A stretch of DNA of 64,000 nucleotides from Candidatus Omnitrophota bacterium (GCA_022705945.1 JAKJDL010000007.1:9000-72999), one strand, 5' to 3'. Numbered from the stretch's first letter, positions 20,028 through 30,661 are shown. A program made the numbers and translations. Notes: a model not told the origin generated them from the letters alone.

Positions 20028-20104
20028 TGGTCGGGGTGAGAGGATTTGAACCTCCGACTTCTTGCTCCCAAAGCAAGCGCTCTAGCCACCTGAGCTACAC
20101 CCCG
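20028..20104 (-). tRNA. tRNA-Pro (anticodon TGG), CCA encoded
   Basis: CGGGGTG acceptor, anticodon stem CTTGC/GCAAG with loop TTTGGGA, GGTTCAAATCC T-arm, 3' ACCA. Confidence 0.9.
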
Positions 20105-20213
20105 ATATGTTTTAATTATAACGACCTGTGACGCTTTCAGCCACAACACCGTTTTCACTTATGCCGTTGTTGTGCCTTTCGCAAACAGGATAGCAGCCGT
20201 CATTCGCAAACAA

Positions 20214-21296
20214 TTAAAAGATCGACCGCTCCTTATAAACGCTCAGCACGAGACCAAGCGCTATACTGTTCATCACAAACGAGGACCCGCCGTAACTGAT
20301 CAGAGGAAGAGGAACCCCCGCGATTGGCATAAGTCCGATCGTCATACCGATATTGATGAGGACATGACCGAGAAACAACGCAAGAACCCCGCCCGAAAGC
20401 AGTTTGGCACGAATATCCGTCGTGTGTTCCATGATCGCAAAAATCGAATGGAACAGGTAGGCGTAAAGACAAAGCACGAGCAGGCTCCCGATAAAACCGA
20501 GCTCTTCTCCGATCACGCAAAAAATGAAATCCGTGTGGTGTTCCGGGACAAAATGAAGCTGAGTTTGCGTCCCGGAAAGATAACCCTTCCCGAAAAGCTC
20601 TCCGGACCCGACCGCGATCTTGGATTGGACTGCCGTATAACCCGATCCCAGGGGATCAAGATTCGGATTCAAAAAGACGAGAATCCTCTTTTTTTGATAA
20701 TCCTTCAGCATTTCCCACACAAACGGCATCGCGGCAAGAACACCCAGGGCCGAAATAATCAAAAACCGCCACTGGATCCCCCAAAGGAAAAACACGACCG
20801 CCAGCATCGGTATAAAAAGCAGCGCGGTTCCAAGATCGGGTTGTTTTATGATCAGAACAAGCGGGACAGCGACGATTGCGACCGCTCCCAGAATGACACT
20901 GAACTGGCCCTGAAGCGGGTTGCGGGTCCCAAGATAATTCACAAGCGCGAGCAGGGTTCCGAGCTTCGCAAATTCGGACGGCTGGATCACCACCGGACCG
21001 AATCGAAGCCAGCGCTGTGCCCCCAAATGCGTCGAACCGATCAGATGGACCAGGATAAGAAGCGCGATGCTGAATCCGTAAAAAAGATATGCCATGCTGA
21101 GAAACGGACGGTATCCCGTATAGGCCACCGTGATCATGATCATCAGGCCGATCGCGATCCAGAAAATCTGCTTCACCTCATAGTGCCCCGGATCGTGGAA
21201 AGACGCGCTATAGATAAAGAACATTCCGATCGCGGCCAGACCCACAACGGCAAAAACCAATGACGGATGAAAATCCTTAAACAGTCTTCGGAGCAT
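20214..21296 (-). CDS. rodA: Rod shape-determining SEDS protein RodA
   Basis: Polytopic membrane protein of the FtsW/RodA family directly downstream of PBP2; start chosen at MLRRLFKDF (21296), since the 5' ORF extension has no homology. Confidence 0.85.
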   Translation of the reverse strand: MLRRLFKDFHPSLVFAVVGLAAIGMFFIYSASFHDPGHYEVKQIFWIAIGLMIMITVAYTGYRPFLSMAYLFYGFSIALLILVHLIGSTHLGAQRWLRFGPVVIQPSEFAKLGTLLALVNYLGTRNPLQGQFSVILGAVAIVAVPLVLIIKQPDLGTALLFIPMLAVVFFLWGIQWRFLIISALGVLAAMPFVWEMLKDYQKKRILVFLNPNLDPLGSGYTAVQSKIAVGSGELFGKGYLSGTQTQLHFVPEHHTDFIFCVIGEELGFIGSLLVLCLYAYLFHSIFAIMEHTTDIRAKLLSGGVLALFLGHVLINIGMTIGLMPIAGVPLPLISYGGSSFVMNSIALGLVLSVYKERSIF

Positions 21297-23004
21297 GAAG
21301 TTCCCTCCAGACCTCGAGCATCTGCTTTGCGATGCGGGCACTTGTAATTCCGCCCGACCCGCCTCGTTCGACAAAAACAACAAAAGCGATCTTCGGCTCC
21401 TTATAAGGAAAAAAACCGGTCATCCAGCTATGGGCCTTTTTCGGAGGAGCCTGGGCTGTTCCGGTTTTGGCCGCCAGCTGATCAAAATCCACACGGGCCA
21501 GCTGTCCGGTCCCGTAATCCGATTCGACAACTTTGAGCATCGCACGCTTGATCACATCGAGATTCTGCTCCCGGATCGAGACCCGGTCCGGATTTGTGAC
21601 GGAATCCTCCTCCCTGCGCACAAGGTGGGGTTCGACAAACCTGCCGTTCTTCGCAATAATGGCGGTAAGGCGAAGTATTTCAAGAGGCGTCACCAGCACA
21701 TAGCCCTGGCCGATCGCCATATTCAGCGTTTCACCCTGATACCAGGGTTGCCTGAATCTTGCCTTTTTCCATGCAGAATCGGGAATTAGGCCCGGCGTCA
21801 GCCGGGAAATCTCGAGTTTCATGGGCTCGCCCAGACCCAGCTCATGGGCGTATTTGGCGATTTCGTCGGGCGATAACCGCATAGCGACATTGTAAAAATA
21901 AACGTTACAGGACCTCTCGATCGCTTCATAGAGGTTAATACTTCCATGACCCGATTCGAACCAGCAGCGGGCAATCCTTCCGGATTTACCGACTTTGAAC
22001 TTTGAGTTGCAAAAAAACCGCGTTTGCGGCGTTATCTTTCCGAGATCAAGGGCCGCGAGAGCCGTCACGAGTTTAAAAATAGAACCCGGAGGATAAGAAG
22101 CCCCGATCGAGCGATCGAGCATCGGGCTGTCCACGTCCGTCAAAACGGAGAGGCGCTGATGGCTGGCCGAGGGCGAAACAAAAATATTGGGATCGTAAGC
22201 CGGAGCGCTGGCCATCGCGAGAAGTCCCTCGCTTTCGAGATCCATGATCGCAATGCTCGCGCGTTGCCCCTTGATCATTTCCATGATTCGCCTTTGAAGC
22301 TCAAGATCCAATGTAAGCGTCAAATCCCGTCCCGGTTCGGGCGGCCTCGTTGAAAGCACCCGGATCATCCGGCCGCGCGCGTCCACTTCGATCTGTTCGC
22401 CTCCTCGCCACCCACGGAGATCTTCATCAAAATATTTTTCGATCCCGGCCCGGCCGACAGTCGAATTGATGCCGAAACGGTCGCGGTCCGATTTTTCGTA
22501 TTCAGCGGCATTGATGGCGCCGATGTAGCCGATGACATGGGAAGCGGTTTCCGCATAAGGATAATAACGGATTCCCGAAACACGGATCGTCACACCGGGA
22601 AGTTCCGGTTTGCGTTCTTCGATCGTAAACGCCAGCTCTCTCGGAATATCAGGCTTGATCACGGCCGGTGCGAAAGGATATTCCCTGCCCGCGCTCATAC
22701 GCTGACGGACATCTTTTTCTTTCATACCCAAAAGCTTCGCGAGACGGGGATAAACTTCCGGGGTCACGTCTTCCGGAATCGCCACAACGTCATAGGAAGC
22801 CCGGTTCGTGGCGAGCAGACGCCCCTGACAGTCAAAGACGCGTCCCCGCGAAGATTCCATGGGAATCAGGCGAATATGATTGCGAATGCTTAGCCCGCGG
22901 TAATAATATCCGCGCAGTACCTGGACGTGGAACAAGCTCAGGGCCAGTACTCCCAAAATTCCCATCACAATGATTTGCAAAAAATAAAAGCGGGAGAATC
23001 TCAT
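21277..23004 (-). CDS. mrdA: Penicillin-binding protein 2 (elongasome transpeptidase)
   Basis: 575 aa; N-terminal TM, SIFK (SxxK), SCN, KTGTA motifs. Confidence 0.9.
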   Translation of the reverse strand: MRFSRFYFLQIIVMGILGVLALSLFHVQVLRGYYYRGLSIRNHIRLIPMESSRGRVFDCQGRLLATNRASYDVVAIPEDVTPEVYPRLAKLLGMKEKDVRQRMSAGREYPFAPAVIKPDIPRELAFTIEERKPELPGVTIRVSGIRYYPYAETASHVIGYIGAINAAEYEKSDRDRFGINSTVGRAGIEKYFDEDLRGWRGGEQIEVDARGRMIRVLSTRPPEPGRDLTLTLDLELQRRIMEMIKGQRASIAIMDLESEGLLAMASAPAYDPNIFVSPSASHQRLSVLTDVDSPMLDRSIGASYPPGSIFKLVTALAALDLGKITPQTRFFCNSKFKVGKSGRIARCWFESGHGSINLYEAIERSCNVYFYNVAMRLSPDEIAKYAHELGLGEPMKLEISRLTPGLIPDSAWKKARFRQPWYQGETLNMAIGQGYVLVTPLEILRLTAIIAKNGRFVEPHLVRREEDSVTNPDRVSIREQNLDVIKRAMLKVVESDYGTGQLARVDFDQLAAKTGTAQAPPKKAHSWMTGFFPYKEPKIAFVVFVERGGSGGITSARIAKQMLEVWRELHAPKTV

Positions 23005-23522
23005 CGGAAAAGCTCGTATTGTCTGGAAGATGACACCTGCCGGCCGAACCAGGATCCCGTCATCACGTCAAAGAAAGGAAGCAGGAGTGCGGTATAAAGA
23101 GCCATGAGAAAAATAACTCCGAAATGTCCGGGGGAGATCCCGCTCAAACCGCCTACAAAAACGCCCAAAATCAGCTTTAACGATTCGCAGCAAAAGACAA
23201 ACAGAAAGGCCAGCAAAAAATAAATTCCCGGAAATTCACGCTCGATCTTCCGAACGACCTGATCCAGCAGGATTGCAAAAACCACAAGGATCCCCGCCTG
23301 GACACCGAGGACTCCTCCCCCAAGGAAATCTTTTAAAAGTCCCGCCCAAAAAGCCACGGGAACTGTTTTTTTTGATTCCCACCCGAACGCGGCGTGACAA
23401 ACAAACAGATAAAGGAACGAAGGATAAACACTCCCCAGCCGGAAGGCGGGCAGAACGGAATAATCAAGTATGGCCAAAAACAAAAAATAAAAAATTACTT
23501 TGAGGTCGGCAAGATGATGCAT
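23001..23522 (-). CDS. mreD: Rod shape-determining protein MreD
   Basis: 173-aa polytopic membrane protein between mreC and mrdA; assignment mainly by context. Confidence 0.65.
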   Translation of the reverse strand: MHHLADLKVIFYFLFLAILDYSVLPAFRLGSVYPSFLYLFVCHAAFGWESKKTVPVAFWAGLLKDFLGGGVLGVQAGILVVFAILLDQVVRKIEREFPGIYFLLAFLFVFCCESLKLILGVFVGGLSGISPGHFGVIFLMALYTALLLPFFDVMTGSWFGRQVSSSRQYELFR

Positions 23523-24295
23523 AAGAGTTCCTCAAGCCTCGAGAAAGGGACGGCAGGACGGACGAGCGCAAGCAAATGAAGTCCGTCCGGGGATCGTTCA
23601 ACCGATTCGATCTTCCCGATATGCAGTCCTTTGGGGAAAAGACTGCCGATCCCGGATGTGATCACGGCTTCTCCGATCGCAACTTCCGAATCGAGCGGAA
23701 GGTATTTCATCTGAAGGTTTTCGGAACCGGTGCCGGTCACAACCCCCTGGACGCGGCCGTTCGATGTGATTGCGCTGACCCGGGAATCGGGATCCGTGAG
23801 AAAAATGGCACGTGACGTATAAGCGCTGGATTCAAGCACCCGCCCGGCCAGACCTTCGGGAGCAACGAGCACCATTTCCTGCCTGATGTTATTCTTCAGA
23901 CCTTTATCAAGCAGCACCACGCTTTTCCAGGGCGTATTATCCTCACCGATAATCCGGATGCCTGTTGTTTTAAAAGGGAGAGTTTGTGAAAAATTGAGGA
24001 GCTTGTTGAGCCGCCGGTTTTCCTTTTCCATTTCATCATAGCGGAGCAGGCGCGCCTCGAGCTCAAGAATACGGCTTTGATATTCCCGCTCTTTGGCGAT
24101 CGCATTCCAGAACCTTCCGAAGTTGTAACGGACATCGGTCGAAATATCCCGAATACCGGCTCCGAGAGAGAAAAAGGGGCGTGTGATCGTATCAAAAAAA
24201 CCGTGGAGGCCATGATTAAGACGCGGAAATTGAAAACAGAGGATGAGGATCAAAAACGATCCCGCCAGCCAAACGAGTGAACGCCAACGGCGCAT
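23495..24295 (-). CDS. mreC: Rod shape-determining protein MreC
   Basis: 266 aa; N-terminal TM, coiled coil, C-terminal beta-domains (GIGSLFPKGLHIGKI). Confidence 0.8.
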   Translation of the reverse strand: MRRWRSLVWLAGSFLILILCFQFPRLNHGLHGFFDTITRPFFSLGAGIRDISTDVRYNFGRFWNAIAKEREYQSRILELEARLLRYDEMEKENRRLNKLLNFSQTLPFKTTGIRIIGEDNTPWKSVVLLDKGLKNNIRQEMVLVAPEGLAGRVLESSAYTSRAIFLTDPDSRVSAITSNGRVQGVVTGTGSENLQMKYLPLDSEVAIGEAVITSGIGSLFPKGLHIGKIESVERSPDGLHLLALVRPAVPFSRLEELLCIILPTSK

Positions 24296-24392
24296 CGGAA
24301 CAGCTCCCAGAACGGATCAGTATAAGGTTAAACTGCGGTTCAGACCGCGGGCAGGCTTTTCGGCAGAATCCCGGAAGAAAGCAATAAAACGA

Positions 24393-25445
24393 TTAGTATT
24401 CCCGGCCTGCGCTGGTATTGACAGACAACCGCTTCAGAAGACTGAAATCGCTCAGATACCGCCCGGTCCCGAGGGCCACGGCAGTCAGCGGATCATCGGC
24501 AATATGAACAGGCAGACCAGTCTCTTCACTGATCAGCTTATCGAGGCCCCGGAGAAGCGAGCCGCCCCCAGCCAAAATTAAACCCCTGTCAATAAGATCT
24601 GCGGAAAGCTCCGGCGGCGTGCGTTCAAGCGCGATGCGAATCGCCTCGAGTATCGCGGATAACGGTTCGGAAAGAGCTTCCCTCACTTCTTCGCTCGTAA
24701 TGCTAATCGTTTTGGGGAGACCGGCAAGAATGTCGCGCCCTTTCACGTCAAGCGTGGTCTCCTCCTCAAGCGGATAGGCGGAACCGATACGGATCTTGAT
24801 TTCCTCCGAGGTCCGCTCGCCGATCATGAGATTATAAGATTTCTTGAGGTGGTTGATGACAGCCTCATCAAATTCGTCGCCTCCGATCCGGATGCTCTTC
24901 GAAAAAACAATCCCGGAAAGCGAAATAACGGCGATCTCGGTCGTTCCCCCACCGATATCGATGATCATATTGCCGGCGGGTTCATGGATCGGAAGTCCGA
25001 CACCGATCGCGGCCGAAATCGGCTCTTCAACAAGAAAGACGGGGGTGCGCGCTCCGGCACGTTCGGCCGAATCTTTGACGGCGCGCTTCTCAACTTCCGT
25101 GATACCGCTCGGTACGGCTACCACCACGCGAGGCCCCACGGGGCTGTGCCGGCGATGCACCTTGCGGATAAAATAGCGGAGCATGGCTTCCGTAATATCA
25201 AAATCGGCGATCACACCGTCTTTCATCGGCCGAATGGCGGAGATGTTGCCGGGTGTCCTGCCAAGCATGCGCTTTGCTTCTTCACCCACGGCGAGCACCT
25301 GGTGGGTTGCGCGGTCGATCGCAACAACGGAAGGCTCGCAAAGGACAACGCCCTGTCCCTTGACATAAACCAGGGTGTTGGCGGTGCCGAGATCAATGCC
25401 GATATCCGAAGAAAAAAACCCTAACAGTCTGTCCAACAGCAACAT
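24393..25445 (-). CDS. mreB: Actin-like rod shape-determining protein MreB
   Basis: [38 protein letters not shown]; start at the internal ATG at 25445. Confidence 0.9.
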   Translation of the reverse strand: MLLLDRLLGFFSSDIGIDLGTANTLVYVKGQGVVLCEPSVVAIDRATHQVLAVGEEAKRMLGRTPGNISAIRPMKDGVIADFDITEAMLRYFIRKVHRRHSPVGPRVVVAVPSGITEVEKRAVKDSAERAGARTPVFLVEEPISAAIGVGLPIHEPAGNMIIDIGGGTTEIAVISLSGIVFSKSIRIGGDEFDEAVINHLKKSYNLMIGERTSEEIKIRIGSAYPLEEETTLDVKGRDILAGLPKTISITSEEVREALSEPLSAILEAIRIALERTPPELSADLIDRGLILAGGGSLLRGLDKLISEETGLPVHIADDPLTAVALGTGRYLSDFSLLKRLSVNTSAGREY

Positions 25446-25536
25446 ATGAGCGCCTGTTTCCTTGTTTGAGGGGCTGCGTTTTGTAGAGGTCGTAGTATAA
25501 CGAAAGGCATACACACTGTCAAACCAAAACCAATGT

Positions 25537-26832
25537 TTATAAGGGTTTAAAGAGCGTTTTGAAGTCGCTTTCAAATCCCGGATAGGAAGTCGCAATACAT
25601 TCGGTACCGTTGATCAGGATCGAACCCTTCGTCCGGAGACTCGCCACCGCCATACTCATGGCTGTGCGGTGGTCAGCAAAGCTTTCTGTCTTTCCGCCCC
25701 GGAGACACCCAACCCCTTTAATCAGACAGCCGTCCGAAAGCTCTTTGACCGAAGCTCCGATTGCCTTCAAATTCTGAGCCATCGAACGAATCCGGTCGGT
25801 CTCCTTAACCCGGAGTTCCGCCGCTCCCGAAACCAGACTTTCACCATCCGCGAGACTCATCACGACCATCAAAACGGGAAGCTCGTCAATGAGCAACGGT
25901 ATTTCCGCGTGCTCAATCCCGGTCCCGCGGAGCTGCTTTCCCCGGATATGGATCTCCCCGAGAGGTTCGGGGACTTCCTGAGTCACGTGAAACTCTATAT
26001 CGGCCCCCATGCGCGACAGAACTGTAAGGATTCCCGTGCGCGTCGGATTCAGTCCAACATCCCTAATAATCACTTCGGAGCCCGGTGTCATGGCGGCGCC
26101 GGCGATAAAAAATGCCGCGGACGAAATATCGCCGGGAATTTTTGTTTGGAAAGGCCGGAGGCGATCGCTTTTTTCGACCGTAAGGCAAGTCCCCTCTTTT
26201 TTGAAAAAGGCACCGGCGGCCCCGAGAAAACGTTCCGTGTGGTCCCGGGACGGGACGCGCTCATGAATAATTGTCGGCCCTTCGGCGTAGAGCCCCGCAA
26301 AAAGCAGTGCGGATTTCACTTGAGCACTGGAAAGCTTATTATCGAACTCAATTCCCCTCAACTCGCCGCCCCGGACGGTCAAGGGAGCAAAATTCGCATT
26401 GTCTTTCCCCTCGATCCGGGCGCCCATTTTTTTTAACGGGTCCGTGACGCGCCGCATCGGACGAGAAGAAAGGGAGGGATCTCCGGAAAGAACAGCTTCA
26501 AATCTCTGCCCGGCAAGAATACCGAGGAGCAGGCGGATGGACGTTCCGGAATTGCCAAGATAGAGCTCCCGGGCCGGAGCTTTCAGGCCATGGATTCCGT
26601 CCCCTTCAATCCGAACTTTCCGGCTCCCCGCGGCGTGCTCGATTGAAACCCCCATCGCGCGCAAAGCGTCCAGGGTGCAAAGGCAGTCCTCGGATTCGAG
26701 AAAATTCTCATAACAACTCGATCCTTCGGAGAGAGCCCCGAAAAGAAGGGCCCGGTGGGAGATGGATTTGTCGCCGGGAGGAACCAGTGTGCCTGAAAAA
26801 TACCCGGGACCGTCGAACGTAAGTTGAGGCAT
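25537..26832 (-). CDS. aroA: 3-phosphoshikimate 1-carboxyvinyltransferase (EPSP synthase)
   Basis: 431 aa; [30 protein letters not shown] motifs. Confidence 0.9.
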   Translation of the reverse strand: MPQLTFDGPGYFSGTLVPPGDKSISHRALLFGALSEGSSCYENFLESEDCLCTLDALRAMGVSIEHAAGSRKVRIEGDGIHGLKAPARELYLGNSGTSIRLLLGILAGQRFEAVLSGDPSLSSRPMRRVTDPLKKMGARIEGKDNANFAPLTVRGGELRGIEFDNKLSSAQVKSALLFAGLYAEGPTIIHERVPSRDHTERFLGAAGAFFKKEGTCLTVEKSDRLRPFQTKIPGDISSAAFFIAGAAMTPGSEVIIRDVGLNPTRTGILTVLSRMGADIEFHVTQEVPEPLGEIHIRGKQLRGTGIEHAEIPLLIDELPVLMVVMSLADGESLVSGAAELRVKETDRIRSMAQNLKAIGASVKELSDGCLIKGVGCLRGGKTESFADHRTAMSMAVASLRTKGSILINGTECIATSYPGFESDFKTLFKPL

Positions 26833-26838
26833 GAATAA

Positions 26839-27114
26839 TCAGCGGCGATGAACCCAGACGCGGAGCCTGTCCAGCTCCGCAAGGAGCTTGTCCTCTTTAT
26901 CAAGAATCTCTTGTTGCCGTTCTTCGATTTTGTCAAGGCGGGTCTGAATGTTCGCGAACTCCCGGAAAAATCGATCCATCCACGGCTCATCGCCTTCCTC
27001 CTGGGCCGCATGAACGGTCAGGACACCCCCGCCCAAAAGGACAAGCGCGAGAAATAATATCTTAAGCTTTGCGGACTTCATCGCCTTCCATAACGGGATT
27101 ATTCGCATCTTCAT
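26839..27114 (-). CDS. Small secreted coiled-coil protein (hypothetical)
   Basis: Signal peptide KILFLALVLLGGGVLTVHAA followed by a coiled coil; the start is uncertain (27078-27135). Confidence 0.4.
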   Translation of the reverse strand: MKMRIIPLWKAMKSAKLKILFLALVLLGGGVLTVHAAQEEGDEPWMDRFFREFANIQTRLDKIEERQQEILDKEDKLLAELDRLRVWVHRR

Positions 27115-27907
27115 TGAGGATCGTCGCCGCGGCAAACTTATCGTAAAGCTTTTCGATCTGAAGCGAGGCGCGCTCAGAACCTGACCGGACTACCTTGAGC
27201 TGATCGCCCATTTTCAGTCCGTCCTTGAGCCCAAGATTCACAACGACAAAATTGAATTTCCGGTTCACCGTAAGGATTCGAGATCCCTGGCTGATACCTG
27301 CCGGCGCGGGCGAAACTGCCGGGGTCACGGAGGGTACCGAAGTTGCGGGCGCCATAACCGTTGAGGCGGTCGAAGGCGAAGTCTGGGCGCTGCTGAAAAC
27401 AAGCCCGCCCGAGGTCCCGGAGCTTGCGGGAGACGAAAAACTGATAGGAGTCGCCGCCAGCGCGGTTTTCACGTCCGAAGGCGTCACGTTGCACGCCTTC
27501 ATGGCATCTTCGGCCTGCTTCTGAAGTTCGGCAATCTTACGCTCCATTTCCCCCAGCTTCGCCTGTTTCTCCCTTAGCTGATCTTCAAGACTTGCTTTCA
27601 GGGACGCGATCTGGGAGCTCTGGGTTCTCAGCTGATTTACCTCGGCTTCAAAACCCTGCGCCTTGCGCTGAAGTTCCGCCGTCTCGGCCTCAAACTGTTC
27701 TTTCGCGGCCTTGATCTGTTCTTTTTCCGACTGGAGGTTCAGGACCCTTTCCCGGGTCTCATCGTATTTTTTCTCAAGGTTGAGCCGGACGTTCCTTTCC
27801 GCGGCAAGATTTTGATAAAGGTAATAGGCCCCGCCCGCTGCCGCTAAAGAAAGGAAAAACGCTAAAATAATTCCCAGTTTTGATCCCATCGGTTCCTTCT
27901 CCTTCAC
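27062..27907 (-). CDS. Membrane-anchored coiled-coil protein with an S/T/P-rich linker and a small C-terminal beta domain (hypothetical)
   Basis: TM GIILAFFLSLAAAGGAYYL, about 100-aa heptad-like region, C-terminus NFVVVNLGLKDGLKMGDQLKVVR; RBS GAAGGAGAAGGAAC. Confidence 0.5.
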   Translation of the reverse strand: MKEKEPMGSKLGIILAFFLSLAAAGGAYYLYQNLAAERNVRLNLEKKYDETRERVLNLQSEKEQIKAAKEQFEAETAELQRKAQGFEAEVNQLRTQSSQIASLKASLEDQLREKQAKLGEMERKIAELQKQAEDAMKACNVTPSDVKTALAATPISFSSPASSGTSGGLVFSSAQTSPSTASTVMAPATSVPSVTPAVSPAPAGISQGSRILTVNRKFNFVVVNLGLKDGLKMGDQLKVVRSGSERASLQIEKLYDKFAAATILNEDANNPVMEGDEVRKA

Positions 27908-27949
27908 AAATTATCGCCGATTCAGCCTCTTTATCCGAATCAACGGTCA

Positions 27950-27980
27950 AACGAAAAATTCAAGGAACGGGGAATCCCCG
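27950..27980 (-). terminator. Putative rho-independent terminator downstream of the SWIB gene
   Basis: Minus-strand CGGGGATTCCCCG followed by TTCCTTGAATTTTTCGTTTG. Confidence 0.4.
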
Positions 27981-28030
27981 AACAACCGGGTCGTCCCCGC
28001 TCCCTGAGCAATTTGCACTTCCGGAACAGC

Positions 28031-28053
28031 GCGCCGGCCGGTCCGGCCGGCGC
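28031..28053. repeat. Perfect 23-bp GC palindrome GCGCCGGCCGG-T-CCGGCCGGCGC
   Basis: Read directly from the sequence; 18 nt downstream of the SWIB stop, with no adjacent U-tract. Confidence 0.6.
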
Positions 28054-28071
28054 ACCGGAAAAACCTTATTC

Positions 28072-28326
28072 TTACGAAAGGTGCTTGCTGACGAGCTTCG
28101 TCATTTCAAACATGTTCACAACCGACTTCCCGGCAAACACGGCTTTAAGATTGGCATCCGCGTTGATGTTGCGCTTGTTCTTGGCGTCCTGAAGTCCGTT
28201 CTTCTTGATGTAAGCCCAAAGACCCTTCACGACTTCGCTGCGAGGCATCGGCCCTTTGCCGACGATCACTGCGAGCTCGGGACTGATAGTCATAGGCTTC
28301 ATGAACGCTGCATTTGCTTTCGCCAT
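28072..28326 (-). CDS. Stand-alone SWIB/MDM2-domain protein
   Basis: 84 aa from MAKANAAF (GAGGAG RBS 8 nt upstream); PELAVIVGKGPMPRSEVVKGLWAYIKKNGLQDAKNKRNINADANLKAVFAGK...MFEMTKLVSKHL matches the SWIB domain pattern. Confidence 0.8.
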   Translation of the reverse strand: MAKANAAFMKPMTISPELAVIVGKGPMPRSEVVKGLWAYIKKNGLQDAKNKRNINADANLKAVFAGKSVVNMFEMTKLVSKHLS

Positions 28327-28392
28327 TGTGTATCTCCTCATGGTTAAAAGGCCACAGGGCCCCTACGACTCCTGCGAACCTGGCTGTTGGTT

Positions 28393-28421
28393 ATCATACA
28401 ATAGACTTGGGCTCTCTACAA
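28393..28421 (-). promoter_or_regulatory. Candidate sigma-70 promoter TTGTAG-17-TATGAT for the SWIB gene
   Basis: -35 is the RC of 28416-28421 and -10 is the RC of 28393-28398; about 70 nt upstream of the ATG. Confidence 0.3.
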
Positions 28422-28479
28422 TAAGAGCTTTAAACCCGGCTGGTATTTCCCCCGCGGTTTATTCCGTCACTGACACTAA

Positions 28480-28938
28480 CTATTTCGGCTTTGCCAGAAG
28501 AAACTTCAGTTCTTTCATAAAGTGACTCACGTCCTGAAAATCGCGGTAAACGCTCGCGAATCTCACATAAGCCACCTGATCGACCTTGGCAAGCCTCTGC
28601 ATAATGAATTCCCCGATCACCCGCGACGGGATCTCCTTATCATACTTTTCACGCATGGCCGTTTCAAGATAGTCCGCGATGGCGTCTTGAGCGGCAAGCG
28701 GCACCGGCCGTTTCTCACACGCCTTGTGGATTCCCGAAAGAACTTTTTGACGGTCATAGCCTTCCCGGCGCTGATCCTTCTTCACCACAAACATCGGCAT
28801 CTCCTCGACCCGCTCGTAGGTGGTAAAACGTTTGTCGCACGCCGTGCATTCGCGTCTGCGTCGAATCACTTCCCCTTCGTTCGCGGCACGCGAATCGATC
28901 ACCTTATCGGAATCCTGTTTGCAGAAAGGACAGCGCAC
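28480..28938 (-). CDS. nrdR: Transcriptional repressor NrdR
   Basis: 152 aa; MRCPFCK...C..C zinc ribbon followed by an ATP-cone. Confidence 0.9.
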   Translation of the reverse strand: MRCPFCKQDSDKVIDSRAANEGEVIRRRRECTACDKRFTTYERVEEMPMFVVKKDQRREGYDRQKVLSGIHKACEKRPVPLAAQDAIADYLETAMREKYDKEIPSRVIGEFIMQRLAKVDQVAYVRFASVYRDFQDVSHFMKELKFLLAKPK

Positions 28939-28941
28939 GGG

Positions 28942-30240
28942 TTACTCCATAAGTCCGGGATAAAGGGGAAACTGGTTCGTAAGTGCTTCAACGCGGGAAT
29001 GAACCCCCGAAAGATTCTTTGCGTCATCCGGCGCCTGCATGGTTTCGGTAATGAGTTCCGCGATCAGCTCCATCTCCCGCTCTTTCATCCCGCGCGTGGT
29101 AACAGCGGGAGTTCCGAGCCTGATCCCGGAACCTTTGAACGGCGACTCTTTGTCAAACGGGATCATATTCTTGTTGACCGTGATCTTGACCTTATCAAGG
29201 ACTTCCTGCACCTGCTTGCCGTTGAATCCTTTGACCGCCACGTCCACCAGCATGAGATGATTATCCGTCCCGCCCGAAACGATCCTCCATCCCCGTCGGG
29301 CCATTCCATCCGCAAGAGCCCTGGCGTTCCTGACCACCTGATCGGAATAATCCCTGAAGGCCGGTTCCATGGCTTCCTTGAAAGCAACCGCCTTGGCGGC
29401 AATCACATGCATCAGAGGTCCGCCCTGGATCCCCGGAAAAACGGCCGAATCAATCGCCTTGGCATACTGTCCGCGGCACAGGATAAGCCCCGCCCGGGGC
29501 CCCCGCAGGGTTTTATGGGTCGTTGTCGTGACAATATCGGCGTGCGGTACCGGACTCGGATGATGACCCGTCGCGACCAGACCGGCGAAATGAGCCATAT
29601 CGACCATCAGGAGAGCCCCCACCGAATCGGCAATCTTACGACCGCGTTCAAAATCGATCACACGCGAATAGGCAGAAGCTCCCAAAAGGATCATTTTAGG
29701 TTTATGTTCCCTGGCAAGTTTTTCGAGCTCGTCGTAATCGATTCTTTCGTCTTTCGGACTTACCCCGTAAGGGATAATCGTGTAAGACTTCCCGGAATAA
29801 TTCATCGGATGGCCGTGAGAAAGATGCCCCCCGTGGGTCAGGTTCATGCCGAGAATCCTGGCACCCGGCTCAAGCAGCGCCATAAAGACGGCAATGTTCG
29901 CAGATGTTCCGCTGTGCGGCTGGACATTGGCGTGTTCCGCTCCGAAAAGTTTCTTGGCGCGATCGATCGCAAGCTGCTCGACCACATCGATATTTTCACA
30001 CCCCCCGTACCAGCGTTTCGCGGGATAACCCTCCGCGTATTTATTGGTCAAAACCGACCCCATGGCCTCAAGCACGGAAAGCGAAGTGAAATTCTCGCTC
30101 GCGATCAGCTCGATATTTTCGTTTTGACGGAAAACCTCGGCACGGACGGCCCGATAAATATCGGGATCCGATCGTTTCAAATGCGAATAATCAGTGATTT
30201 CCTTTTTCATAATTTCTGATTTTTTCAACACGGATTTCAT
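28942..30240 (-). CDS. glyA: Serine hydroxymethyltransferase
   Basis: [33 protein letters not shown] (PLP Lys); start ambiguous (30210/30240/30279), with 30240 having an AGGGGG SD. Confidence 0.9.
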   Translation of the reverse strand: MKSVLKKSEIMKKEITDYSHLKRSDPDIYRAVRAEVFRQNENIELIASENFTSLSVLEAMGSVLTNKYAEGYPAKRWYGGCENIDVVEQLAIDRAKKLFGAEHANVQPHSGTSANIAVFMALLEPGARILGMNLTHGGHLSHGHPMNYSGKSYTIIPYGVSPKDERIDYDELEKLAREHKPKMILLGASAYSRVIDFERGRKIADSVGALLMVDMAHFAGLVATGHHPSPVPHADIVTTTTHKTLRGPRAGLILCRGQYAKAIDSAVFPGIQGGPLMHVIAAKAVAFKEAMEPAFRDYSDQVVRNARALADGMARRGWRIVSGGTDNHLMLVDVAVKGFNGKQVQEVLDKVKITVNKNMIPFDKESPFKGSGIRLGTPAVTTRGMKEREMELIAELITETMQAPDDAKNLSGVHSRVEALTNQFPLYPGLME

Positions 30241-30646
30241 GGCGCCCCCTGTCAAATGGTGTTTTGAGCCAAGCATCAACTAACGGAAAAAGTATTTCCT
30301 GAGGTAAAAAACCAGCTCCGAGGATCAGCATATTGGAATCATTATGAGCTCGGGAAAGACGGGCCTGTTCGATATTCTGAACCAGCGCGGCCCGGACACC
30401 GCGAACCTTGTTGGCCGCGATCGCGCTCCCGATCCCCGTATAACAGATCCCGATGGCCCGATGGCATTCCTTTTTCGCCACCTTTTCGGCCGCCTGGAAC
30501 ATAAAATCGGGATAATCGCAGGAATCTTCGGATTTCGTCCCGCAATCAATCACTTCAAATTTCTTGTTTTTGAGAAAATCGATCAAAGCGTTCTTCATTT
30601 GGAGACCGCGGTGATCACAGGCAAGGGCAATTTTGGGTTTCAGCAT
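30191..30646 (-). CDS. rpiB: Ribose-5-phosphate isomerase B
   Basis: 151 aa; [25 protein letters not shown] motifs. Confidence 0.85.
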   Translation of the reverse strand: MLKPKIALACDHRGLQMKNALIDFLKNKKFEVIDCGTKSEDSCDYPDFMFQAAEKVAKKECHRAIGICYTGIGSAIAANKVRGVRAALVQNIEQARLSRAHNDSNMLILGAGFLPQEILFPLVDAWLKTPFDRGRHEIRVEKIRNYEKGNH

Positions 30647-30661
30647 GACAAGTCCTGTTCT

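Noticed and set aside
20172-21263. 363-aa plus-strand ORF. Similar long plus-strand ORFs lie at 28522..30219 (565 aa), 39074..40267 (397 aa), 55097..56776 (559 aa) and 60775..61671 (298 aa).
   Set aside because: Each lies exactly antisense to a well-conserved minus-strand gene (rodA, glyA, xerC/D, alaS, smc). Each has an R/H/K/P-rich low-complexity composition typical of antisense frames in GC-rich DNA, and none has an RBS or a recognisable domain.
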